Shown: positions 36,222 through 44,321 of the stretch, piece after piece
Position numbering within the stretch: position 1 is the stretch's first letter
How the letters are laid out: every line of letters starts with the position of its first letter
From: an uncultured Lachnospiraceae bacterium
GTDB taxonomy: Bacteria; Bacillota; Clostridia; Christensenellales; UBA1242
Direction: 5' to 3'
Assembly: GCA_964606505.1 (NCBI GenBank)
Contig: CAZSGM010000001.1
Span: 113,588 to 177,587, forward strand
Length of the DNA stretch: 64,000 bases
Notes under the pieces: model-generated
Databases searched by the model: none
What the model saw: the letters and a program-made list of their open reading frames with translations, nothing else
Told to the model about the DNA's origin: nothing
Made by a program: the position numbers and the translations under genes

Positions 36222-36980
36222 ATGATGAAACTTAGTTATAGAGAAGAAATGTTGACATACTACGACGAAGACTATGATGAAGATACTGGGGGCAGTACAT
36301 CTGACTTTGGGCAGGAAGTTGCAGATGGGGCAAGTAGTGCTGCGTCAAGTGTGGGGAATGCCTTAAAAAATCACGCTGCAGGAAGCGGAAAGGCTGAGGC
36401 TGAAAAAAGTAAAAATAGCGATAAGAAGGGAGATAAAGCCAAAGCAGGTGGCGCCGATAAAAAGGGCGCGGCAGGCAAAGATGACAAGAATGGCAAAAAT
36501 AACGCTGCTGCGGCTGGGAAACTTGGTAAGGGCAAAGGCGCAAACGCAAAAAATGAAGTTCAAAAGAGTAAAAACGCTGCTAAAGGTGGAAAAGGTAAAG
36601 TTGGAGCTGCTGCAGGTGGAAAGGCAGGGGCGGCTTCTGCTGCGGGCAAATTGGGAAGTGGCGCAAAGGGCGCAGATGGTAAGGACGTTGACCAAGGCGG
36701 CAAGTACGATATAAAAAAGGCATACCTTAACAAGTTCAAGTTTAAGTTGCAAAAGAACTCGGAAGAGGAAGCAAAGGCGGAGGCAGAGGCAAACCGTTGC
36801 GACCCGTGCAATGAACTAAAGGCGGGTAACGGGCTTGACTTTGGTTGTCTCGACTGGGGCAAGTGCGCGTTCGCGAAGCCGTGTTGTAAAAAGGCACCGT
36901 ATCCGTGCGGGTGTTTTGCGTATATGTGTTTCGGCATAACCTTTGTGGGTGGGCTGATTAGTTCAATGTTCCTATTTTAA
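36222..36980 (+). CDS. Lys/Gly/Ala-rich low-complexity protein with a Cys-rich, tail-anchored C-terminus
   Basis: AAAGGAGAGG RBS. ~150 aa of KGA-rich sequence, then CDPCNELK...CLDWGKCAFAKPCCKKAPYPCGCFAYMCFGITFVGGLISSMFLF. Confidence 0.6.
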   Translation: MMKLSYREEMLTYYDEDYDEDTGGSTSDFGQEVADGASSAASSVGNALKNHAAGSGKAEAEKSKNSDKKGDKAKAGGADKKGAAGKDDKNGKNNAAAAGKLGKGKGANAKNEVQKSKNAAKGGKGKVGAAAGGKAGAASAAGKLGSGAKGADGKDVDQGGKYDIKKAYLNKFKFKLQKNSEEEAKAEAEANRCDPCNELKAGNGLDFGCLDWGKCAFAKPCCKKAPYPCGCFAYMCFGITFVGGLISSMFLF

Positions 36981-37281
36981 AATGTAATTTTAAATTATTC
37001 ATTCCTATGATTATGCTATGAAAAAGGGGAAAATATATACAATATAAAAACTGAAGATTATTTATTTTTGTTGTTCTAGTGAGGATGGGGCAATTTAATT
37101 AGACTATAACGACTCCGCTACATTTAATGATCCCAAAGTAAAATTTTGATATTTTAATGTAAAGTTATCGTTTCCTTTAAAATAAGAGTAGTTAAACATT
37201 TGAAAATAGGTTAAAAATAATTGACTTATTTAGCTATAAAAGGGTATAATAATAAAAATCGAAAAGTTGGAGGCTAGTCAA

Positions 37282-38396
37282 ATGAAAAAGAGAACAAATG
37301 TTCTAATATCGGGGGGGGGGGGGGCTCAGAAGTTGACCAAAATGACAGCGATTTAAAGCCCCAAAAAACTTGTGAAAAAGCAACTTTATTGAGTGCGCGC
37401 CAGCAACAAAATAATAGCGCATCATCTCAAAATGATTTAGGTACAAAAAGCCAAAATGTCAATAATGATTATCCGCAAAGTGGATTGAGTGAAAAACAAT
37501 GCTTGAATGGAAATGCCACTAGCAATGCATACAAACTTGATAATCCAAATTTTGGCAACAATATAAAACGAAGAAATAAAAAGAATTTAATAGCAATACT
37601 AATTTGTTTTGTATTGCTTTTGTCATTTACATTTGGGGTGTGTTGCACTGCAAGTTTGTTGCATGACTCAAAAACTGCAACAGGAACAATCGAGTTTGAG
37701 TTTGAGGAGTTGGGACCAATGGTTAGGTTTTCTTCTTCGCAAGCCTTTTCTCTTTCCACTAATAACAATGCAAAGAATTGGGACGGAACACTTTCATATT
37801 CCGCAAATAGAACTGCATTCACAGAGTGGGACGGCACGACTACTTTGAATGCCGGCAAGAACGGGAGTAAATACTACTTATATTTGGCTGGTGAAAATAA
37901 CACATACCTTTCAGGGACGAGCCAGGGTTCGACTTCTAATAATTGTGGTTGGAAATTGACTGGGAATGCAAACATTTCGTGTTCGGGGAATATTGAAAGC
38001 CTACTTGATTACCCCACAGTTGCTGATGGGGAGCATCCAATGATGGCAAAATTTTGTTATCAGTATTTATTTTATAATTGTAGTAAATTGGTGAGCGCAC
38101 CAACATTGCCCGCAACAACATTGACAGGTGGTTGCTATTTTTATATGTTCAATGGCTGCACTTCGTTAAGGGTAATCAACAGTGAAGCTAAAAGTGGTCT
38201 AAGTGGATATGAAACGGTATATTTGGATATGAGCAAATGTACAGAGGTATCGGGGAGTTGTAATAATATGTTCGCAATACAGCGAATGCTAGTCAATCTG
38301 GATTTAAAGCCACGCCAGAAAGTACTACAATTTACTACATACATAGTAGTAACAGCATTGTGCCAGCAACAAGTAGTTCTTGACGAAGATAAATAA
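37282..38396 (+). CDS. Membrane-anchored LRR-like (BspA-type) surface protein, interrupted at the 5' poly-G tract (phase OFF as assembled)
   Basis: GGAGG RBS, then ATG 37282. The leader MKKRTNVLISGGGG stops at TAA 37354 with 14 G. The main frame (track ORF 37389, TTG) is open back into the tract and fuses with 15 or 12 G. There is no in-frame ATG before the TM helix. Contains the CYQYLFYNCSKLVSAPTLPATTLTGGCYFYMFNGCTSL repeat pattern. The 3' end is uncertain. Confidence 0.7.
37311..37324 (+). repeat. Homopolymeric G14 tract
   Basis: Counted directly (10+4). Confidence 0.9.
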
Positions 38397-38409
38397 GGTA
38401 GACCTTTTA

Positions 38410-38458
38410 ATATATAATAACTAACAAATATATAATAACTGATTAATATATAATAACT
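38410..38458. repeat. Three 18-bp-spaced copies of ATATATAATAACT
   Basis: Copies at 38410, 38428 and 38446. Confidence 0.8.
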
Positions 38459-38477
38459 GACTGGGCGCGTGGAATTC

Positions 38478-38660
38478 AGTGCGTGAACTTGGCAAATTTG
38501 GCGAGCCGACGCGCTACATTCAGTAGATAAGTGTATGCAGGGTATTAGGTAGGTGCGCCAAATTCAATAGGTGGATGTATGAAATTTGACAAGTAGATGT
38601 ACAAATTTTGCTAAGTGGACGTGCAAATTTGATTGAGTGGGGTGGGTAAACAAATTGTGG
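38478..38660. repeat. Iteron-like array: 5-7 degenerate 22-bp units (AGTGGATGTRCAAATTTGAYA-like) in an exact 22-bp register
   Basis: Units start at 38548, 38570, 38592, 38614 and 38636, with weaker copies at ~38480 and 38521. Confidence 0.6.
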
Positions 38661-38684
38661 GGTGAAAGCGGGGGTGGCTTATGT

Positions 38685-39365
38685 TTAGCGGGCGGGGATT
38701 GTTGCGAGCACGGCGGACGTGATGCAGAGGCAGATTTTCTTTTGGTAATCGTGGGATAAAAGCAGATGTTCTTCGTCGGGGTTAGAGAGAAAACCGCACT
38801 CGACTAAGATTGAGGGTTTATCGACACACTTGAGCATAAACAGGTCGCCTGCTTGTGCTTCGCTTCGCGCGTAGGGGAGTTGTTTCTTGAAAACGGCTTG
38901 CAGTGTTTCGGCGAGTGCTTTGCCTGTGCCTTTTTCGTCGTCGTAAAACACTTGCGCGCCGTGCGAGGAACTTGCGGCGTACTTGTTCATATGTATGCTG
39001 ATGACCGCGTCGGGGGCGGCGTCAACAATGATTTGCCTGCGCCGTTGCATATCTTCGCGCTTGAAACCGTTTTTGTACTCGCTGTACAGCCCGCCTTTGT
39101 CCGAGCGCGTCATAACGACGGTTATTCCGTAATCCTCCATAACGCTCTTGAGCATAACGCAGTACTCAAGGTTGAGGTCGCTTTCAATTGTTCCGCTCGC
39201 GCCAACCGCCCCGACGTCAATCCCGCCGTGCCCCGCGTCCAAAACTACGGTTATCGCGCCAATCGGAACGGCGCTAGACGCTGCGACCTTCACGCCAAGA
39301 AAGGGAACTCCCAAGGCAAAAAACACCACCGCAACAACACTTGCAAACAACACAAACTTTTTCAT
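38685..39365 (-). CDS. N-acetylmuramoyl-L-alanine amidase (Amidase_3, CwlD-like)
   Basis: Signal peptide, LDAGHGGIDVGA, ISIHMN and ILVECGFLSNPDEE motifs. Confidence 0.9.
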   Translation of the reverse strand: MKKFVLFASVVAVVFFALGVPFLGVKVAASSAVPIGAITVVLDAGHGGIDVGAVGASGTIESDLNLEYCVMLKSVMEDYGITVVMTRSDKGGLYSEYKNGFKREDMQRRRQIIVDAAPDAVISIHMNKYAASSSHGAQVFYDDEKGTGKALAETLQAVFKKQLPYARSEAQAGDLFMLKCVDKPSILVECGFLSNPDEEHLLLSHDYQKKICLCITSAVLATIPAR

Positions 39366-39885
39366 CCCTCTCCCTCAAAACTCAACTTTCATATTATCCC
39401 CATTAATGCCGCCGCACGCTTGCGCTCGTGCCGCGCTCGTGCCGCGCTTGTTCTCGCGCTCGTGCCTGCACCCGCAACACTGTCATACGCTCGCGCCTGC
39501 GCCTATTAAAATCACTGTGCCCGCCGTGTGCGTGTCTCTATCAAAACCGCCACAGCCCGTTTTGCAACCGCGCGCATAAAACTCATTAAACCTGTGTGTG
39601 CACATCGCCGCAAGTTTGCTTGTTGCGACTTTTGCGCGCCTAAGTGCCACGTCTGCAACGCGCACGTTCGCGTGCATTTGATAAAAACGCCCGTCCGCTA
39701 ACCGCCCTAAATTGCGCCAATTGCCGCGAGTTGATTTATTGCGAGCTCTAAATGTCTGCCACGCGGCAACAAAAAAAGACAAACAACTACAATTTATTAT
39801 ATTTGAGTTGACTGCCCAATATGAAAGATTTAGTTAGAAAAAATGTTTGACTAAATTTGAGAATTTGGTTAAGTACTTAACTAAA
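39221..39885. repeat. Direct repeat DR1, left copy (665 bp): amidase codons 1-48 plus 520 bp upstream
   Basis: Collinear with 43138-43802 at a constant offset of 3917. Six substitutions, all within the first ~135 bp; the rest is identical. It ends 4 bp after the perfect 14-bp palindrome GTTAAGTACTTAAC (39868-39881). Confidence 0.9.
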
Positions 39886-40134
39886 TATAAAAGTATAAAA
39901 TCTCCTAACAAAATAATTGCTGAAGGTTTAATTCCCCAAAAAACAAAGTTTATTTGCCACCAAATATTGAAATTATTTTTAACTTTTAAGATTAATATAA
40001 AGAAATTTTAAAAAACTTTGCAAATAATGATACATAAGTATTGACTTTTAAAAATTACATGTTAAAATGTAAGAAAAAGGATTGAAAAGAATTTTATCTC
40101 TTTCAGTCTTTTTACATTTAGGTGGAGGTGAAAT

Positions 40135-40554
40135 ATGGAAAAATTGAGAAAAGAAATCCTAGAAAACAATAGTAAAGTTGCGCTTGAAATAAAAAGAATA
40201 AATGACGAAATATTGCAAATCCCAAATTATTTAACAGAAGAAGAAAAAGAGACATATGGGGAAATAATAAAAGATTTAAAAGAGAGCATTAAATACAGAT
40301 TATCTCGCAGTGATGTTGAACTAATTTGGCAATATTGTCAATTGAAAATTATGCGAGATAGGGCATGGAGAGAATATAATAAAAATCCAGATAGATATAT
40401 GCGAATTGTGACTGGAATTTGTAGTGACGGGAAAACTCCCAAAGTTATAGTTAAAGAAAATGAACATTACAAAACTTTGATAGATTGCAATAAACAATTA
40501 GAGAAAGTATTAAAAGATTTAAGATTGACTCCAGAGATGAGAAGGGGGAAATAA
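40135..40554 (+). CDS. Phage terminase small subunit, P27-family-like
   Basis: 139 aa. The pattern IPNYLTEEEKETY...DVELIWQYCQ...LRLTPEMRRG matches the P27 TerS layout (from memory). GGAGG RBS. Confidence 0.6.
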   Translation: MEKLRKEILENNSKVALEIKRINDEILQIPNYLTEEEKETYGEIIKDLKESIKYRLSRSDVELIWQYCQLKIMRDRAWREYNKNPDRYMRIVTGICSDGKTPKVIVKENEHYKTLIDCNKQLEKVLKDLRLTPEMRRGK

Positions 40555-40614
40555 TAAAGTCAACGGCTTTTGGTAAATAAAAGGTTATGTTATAATAAAA
40601 ATGGAGGTGTTTAT

Positions 40615-41004
40615 ATGTTTACAGGTTATTTTGGGAAAGTTAAAAGTTATCCCCAAGATAAGGGCTATAGATTTGTGTCTATTGCTAGATTTAATAAGTT
40701 TTGGAATGGAGACGAATATAAAAGGCTTGCTCCACCTGCTGAAATTATTAAAATTGAAGACGAGGAACTTTATACGGATTTATATTATGAAAAAGTTTTA
40801 AATAAACTCAGCCCACAAAAAGTGTATGATGAATTAGGAGATAATGCAGTACTTCTTTGTTATGAAAGATGGTCAGACATAAAAGAAGAGAAAACTTTTT
40901 GTCATAGACGAATTGTTGCAAAATGGTTGGAAGATAATTTAGGAATAAAGGTAGAAGAATTAGAAAATGAGAACAAAAACGATAATGAACAATTGCATTT
41001 TTGA
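40615..41004 (+). CDS. DUF488-like protein
   Basis: 130 aa with an LLCYERW....FCHRRIVAKWL motif typical of DUF488. GGAGG RBS before ATG 40615. Confidence 0.55.
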   Translation: MFTGYFGKVKSYPQDKGYRFVSIARFNKFWNGDEYKRLAPPAEIIKIEDEELYTDLYYEKVLNKLSPQKVYDELGDNAVLLCYERWSDIKEEKTFCHRRIVAKWLEDNLGIKVEELENENKNDNEQLHF

Positions 41005-42181
41005 TGTTGTAAAAACCAATGATTTTGAAAAAGTTTTTGTTTACGCATCAGAAAAATTAGAATTAGAAAAATTAATATATAAATTTACATCGTCCCCGAT
41101 TATTGGTGGCGATGTTGATTTTTGTAATGTTTTGTTTGGGAAATATTTTAGCGATAATAATGATTTAGAATTAGGTAAAGAAATTTATGATGATTTTAAA
41201 TTGGATTCAAATTACATTTTAAGTAACGTTCAAAAACTTGCCTTGTCAATACTATATAAATCATACAGACCACAGCACATAACTGAGCATAATAAAAGAC
41301 TCTTCAAGAATGTGATTAAAAATAAAGACAAACTAATTGACTCAATTTCCAAACAAATAAGTGAAATATCATTACATTTACAAGCCTTTAGAGAATGCAG
41401 CATAGAGGAATTTATAAAAGATATTTCTTATAAGGATTTGCTAGTTATTGATAATCGTAGACTTAATTTTATTGATGATAAATTAATTCGGCAATTGCTT
41501 GATTTTAATATTAAATTTGTCATTTTATCTAAAAAAGATTTATTAACCATAAAACATAATCAAATTTTAAAATCACAAAACTTAAATGCTTACTCCAATA
41601 TTAAAATAAAACCAAAGATAATATCATGTAAGACAAAGACTAATATAGTCCAAAAATTATTTAGTACTATTGAAGATGAAAATATTAAAGATGTAGAAAT
41701 CAAGCAATTAACGTTGGTACAATTTAATGCGTTACGACAAAAATACATGAGTAAACAAATTCATTTTTGGGGAACTCCAAAAATTTGTTGCGGTTTATTT
41801 ACTGACAATAAATTATTTGGAGCTTTTGGATTAACAAATGACTATAGGAATTCACCGCCTAGTGAAATTGAACAACCATGCGTATATTTATTGTCGGATT
41901 TTGTGACGAATTCGAAGATAAGAAAATTGAGCCGATTAGTATTATATTGTTTATTAAGCAAAGAAGTGAAATTATTAGCAGAACGATTATTAAATAAGGA
42001 AATAAAATCAATTTATACTAATGTGTTTACGAAAAATATGTCTTCTATCAAATACAGAGGATTGTTTACATTACAAAGCAGAAATCAAAGGCAAGACGGA
42101 AGTTATAATTTAACATACTTTTCGACAATGGGGGAATGGGATTTAAAGGAGGGATTTGAATTGTGGAAACAGAGATTATAA
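40967..42181 (+). CDS. Hypothetical protein (404 aa), unknown function
   Basis: Long ORF in an AT-rich context. Overlaps neighbours on both sides, suggesting an operon. No motif recognised. Confidence 0.55.
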   Translation: MRTKTIMNNCIFDVVKTNDFEKVFVYASEKLELEKLIYKFTSSPIIGGDVDFCNVLFGKYFSDNNDLELGKEIYDDFKLDSNYILSNVQKLALSILYKSYRPQHITEHNKRLFKNVIKNKDKLIDSISKQISEISLHLQAFRECSIEEFIKDISYKDLLVIDNRRLNFIDDKLIRQLLDFNIKFVILSKKDLLTIKHNQILKSQNLNAYSNIKIKPKIISCKTKTNIVQKLFSTIEDENIKDVEIKQLTLVQFNALRQKYMSKQIHFWGTPKICCGLFTDNKLFGAFGLTNDYRNSPPSEIEQPCVYLLSDFVTNSKIRKLSRLVLYCLLSKEVKLLAERLLNKEIKSIYTNVFTKNMSSIKYRGLFTLQSRNQRQDGSYNLTYFSTMGEWDLKEGFELWKQRL

Positions 42182-43029
42182 AAATAAACCCACGAGATAT
42201 TAAATTATTAAAAGTAAATGCCAGATATATGAAACCTGAAGAATACGAAAAACTTGTTTCAAATATTAAAAAAGATGGACAACTAACATCTGTTCCATTT
42301 TGTTTTTATAATGAAAATCACGAAATTGAGGTTTTGTCTGGTAATCATAGGGTTATGGCATCTATCGATGCCGGACTTAATGAAATTGAAGTTATGCTAT
42401 GCAAGGACAAGTTATCAAAAGAACAAGCATTGGCTATTCAATTAAGTCATAATTCTATTTCTGGTCAAGATGATGAAGAATTGTTAAGAAGATTATACGG
42501 AGAATTAGAAAGTTTAGAATATAAGGAATATTCGGGTTTAACAGATGAATTCATCAATTATTGTAAAGAGATTGAAAAAGATTTTAAAGTACCAACTTTA
42601 TCATATCAAGCACTAAATTTATTATTTCTTCCCGAAGAAATTGAAGAGATAAAACAAGTTCTTGAAAGCATACCCTATTTATTAAGCTCTAACCACATCT
42701 TGTCAAACAAGAAGGATTATGACAACTATTTAGAATCCACAACGACAATATCAAAGTGTTTAAATATTAAAAATCCATCAACAACTTTTCTTGCCATGAT
42801 TAGATTAGCAAAAGAAAATATAGACAAATTGAAAGAACTTGCACTTAACAATGAAGATATTGATTATATTCCACTTTCCATAATTCTAGGACGAAGCGAT
42901 ATAAACAAAGATGATGCGATGATTATTGATAAAGCCTTAAACAAACTGATAAGCAAAGGTGAGATTAAAAAAAATAATAAGGAGAAGGGTTTGGCAATAT
43001 TGGCTAATTTATATCTGGAACATAAATAA
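42163..43029 (+). CDS. ParB N-terminal (ParB/sulfiredoxin nuclease-like) domain protein
   Basis: INPRDIKLLKVNARYM...VLSGNHRVMASIDAG pattern. GTG start after GGAGGG. Confidence 0.7.
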   Translation: METEIIKINPRDIKLLKVNARYMKPEEYEKLVSNIKKDGQLTSVPFCFYNENHEIEVLSGNHRVMASIDAGLNEIEVMLCKDKLSKEQALAIQLSHNSISGQDDEELLRRLYGELESLEYKEYSGLTDEFINYCKEIEKDFKVPTLSYQALNLLFLPEEIEEIKQVLESIPYLLSSNHILSNKKDYDNYLESTTTISKCLNIKNPSTTFLAMIRLAKENIDKLKELALNNEDIDYIPLSIILGRSDINKDDAMIIDKALNKLISKGEIKKNNKEKGLAILANLYLEHK

Positions 43030-43058
43030 GTATTCTATTTTATTGTGAACACACAAAA

Positions 43059-43097
43059 GCCATATATCCGATTTTGAGATATATGGCAATTTTTTTT
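43059..43097 (+). terminator. Intrinsic terminator at the right end of the cassette
   Basis: GCCATATATC / GATATATGGC stem, 9-nt loop, AA then T8. Confidence 0.7.
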
Positions 43098-43137
43098 GAA
43101 AAAATTAAAATAATTGACAGTCTTTACTTGGCATCGC

Positions 43138-43282
43138 TCCCGCCGTGCCCCGCGTCCAAAACTACGGTTATCGCGCCAATCGGAACGCCGCTAGACGCTG
43201 CGACCTTCACGCCTAGAAGGGGAACTCCCAAAGCAAAAAACGCCACCGCAACAACACTTGCAAACAATACAAACTTTTTCAT
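43138..43282 (-). pseudogene. Orphan 5' fragment (48 codons) of a second amidase allele
   Basis: Minus-strand translation is MKKFVLFASVVAVAFFALGVPLLGVKVAASSGVPIGAITVVLDAGHGG, then it diverges. It differs from the intact gene by 3 nonsynonymous and 3 synonymous changes. Confidence 0.8.
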
Positions 43283-43802
43283 CCCTCTCCCTCAAAACTC
43301 AACTTTCATATTATCCCCATTAATGCCGCCGCACGCTTGCGCTCGTGCCGCGCTCGTGCCGCGCTTGTTCTCGCGCTCGTGCCTGCACCCGCAACACTGT
43401 CATACGCTCGCGCCTGCGCCTATTAAAATCACTGTGCCCGCCGTGTGCGTGTCTCTATCAAAACCGCCACAGCCCGTTTTGCAACCGCGCGCATAAAACT
43501 CATTAAACCTGTGTGTGCACATCGCCGCAAGTTTGCTTGTTGCGACTTTTGCGCGCCTAAGTGCCACGTCTGCAACGCGCACGTTCGCGTGCATTTGATA
43601 AAAACGCCCGTCCGCTAACCGCCCTAAATTGCGCCAATTGCCGCGAGTTGATTTATTGCGAGCTCTAAATGTCTGCCACGCGGCAACAAAAAAAGACAAA
43701 CAACTACAATTTATTATATTTGAGTTGACTGCCCAATATGAAAGATTTAGTTAGAAAAAATGTTTGACTAAATTTGAGAATTTGGTTAAGTACTTAACTA
43801 AA
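43138..43802. repeat. Direct repeat DR1, right copy (665 bp)
   Basis: See the left copy. Confidence 0.9.
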
Positions 43803-43854
43803 ATTGTTGGTATATATGCACAAATAATTGCGCAAAAAAGGTCGAAAACGCGAG

Positions 43855-43914
43855 TTATCCACAAAGTTATCCACATTTTCGCAAAAACTGTGGATAACTT
43901 CCCACTTTTCCACA
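43855..43914. promoter_or_regulatory. Tight DnaA-box cluster
   Basis: Perfect TTATCCACA at 43855 and 43867, perfect TGTGGATAA at 43889, and TTTTCCACA at 43906. Confidence 0.6.
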
Positions 43915-43937
43915 CTATTTTCAAACCTGCTCAAAAT

Positions 43938-44061
43938 GTAGAAAGGGAGTTTCGGGGGGTGATGCAAATAAAAAAAATCTAAGTAATTTACAATCGAACT
44001 ATTTAGATACTAAAAACAAACTAATTTCAAGTGAAATGTTTTTTTGCTAGGCACAAAACTT
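43938..44061. repeat. Direct repeat DR2, copy a (~124 bp)
   Basis: Matches 45974-46096 with a handful of substitutions/indels. Contains a G6 run and the hairpin ATCTAAGTA-14 nt-TA[TC]TTAGAT. Confidence 0.85.
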
Positions 44062-44321
44062 CGCGCGCCAACCGCTCGAAACGTAAAATTATCGCCAACT
44101 GGCAATTGTTTGGAACGCAAAATATCACTAATTGCGAATTGTGTCCGCAGCAAAATGTTGCTGGCGGCGTACCGTGCGCGATGTAATAGACTGACCGCTT
44201 CAAACCCTTCCGCGTTGCGCAGAAATCCATCATTTGACCCTGCAACCTCACGCTTTCGACTTGTACACGACCTTAAAAACGCAAACAACTTGTAGTTTTT
44301 GTTTGCGTTTTTTAAATTGAG

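Larger units (their letters stand above)
39886..43137 (+). mobile_element. 3.25-kb AT-rich phage/satellite-like cassette, integrase-less, bracketed by DR1
   Basis: Abrupt drop in G+C relative to the flanks. Four co-oriented genes with their own promoter (TTGACT-16-TGtTAAAAT at ~40043-40070) and terminator (43059-43097). Phage-type gene content. Confidence 0.55.

Noticed and set aside
39148-39782. Track ORFs 39148-39579(+) and 39483-39782(-), and their twins 43074-43496(+) and 43400-43699(-)
   Set aside because: They are duplicated only because they lie inside the 665-bp direct repeat. One is antisense to the amidase 5' end. Both run through GC-rich spacer with Arg/Pro/Ala-biased, RBS-less, TTG-started frames.
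39366-39800. Riboswitch (e.g. cyclic-di-AMP ydaO class) in the long GC-rich region upstream of the amidase gene
   Set aside because: I could find no recognisable conserved core or terminator/antiterminator pair by eye. The region resembles the other GC-rich spacers.
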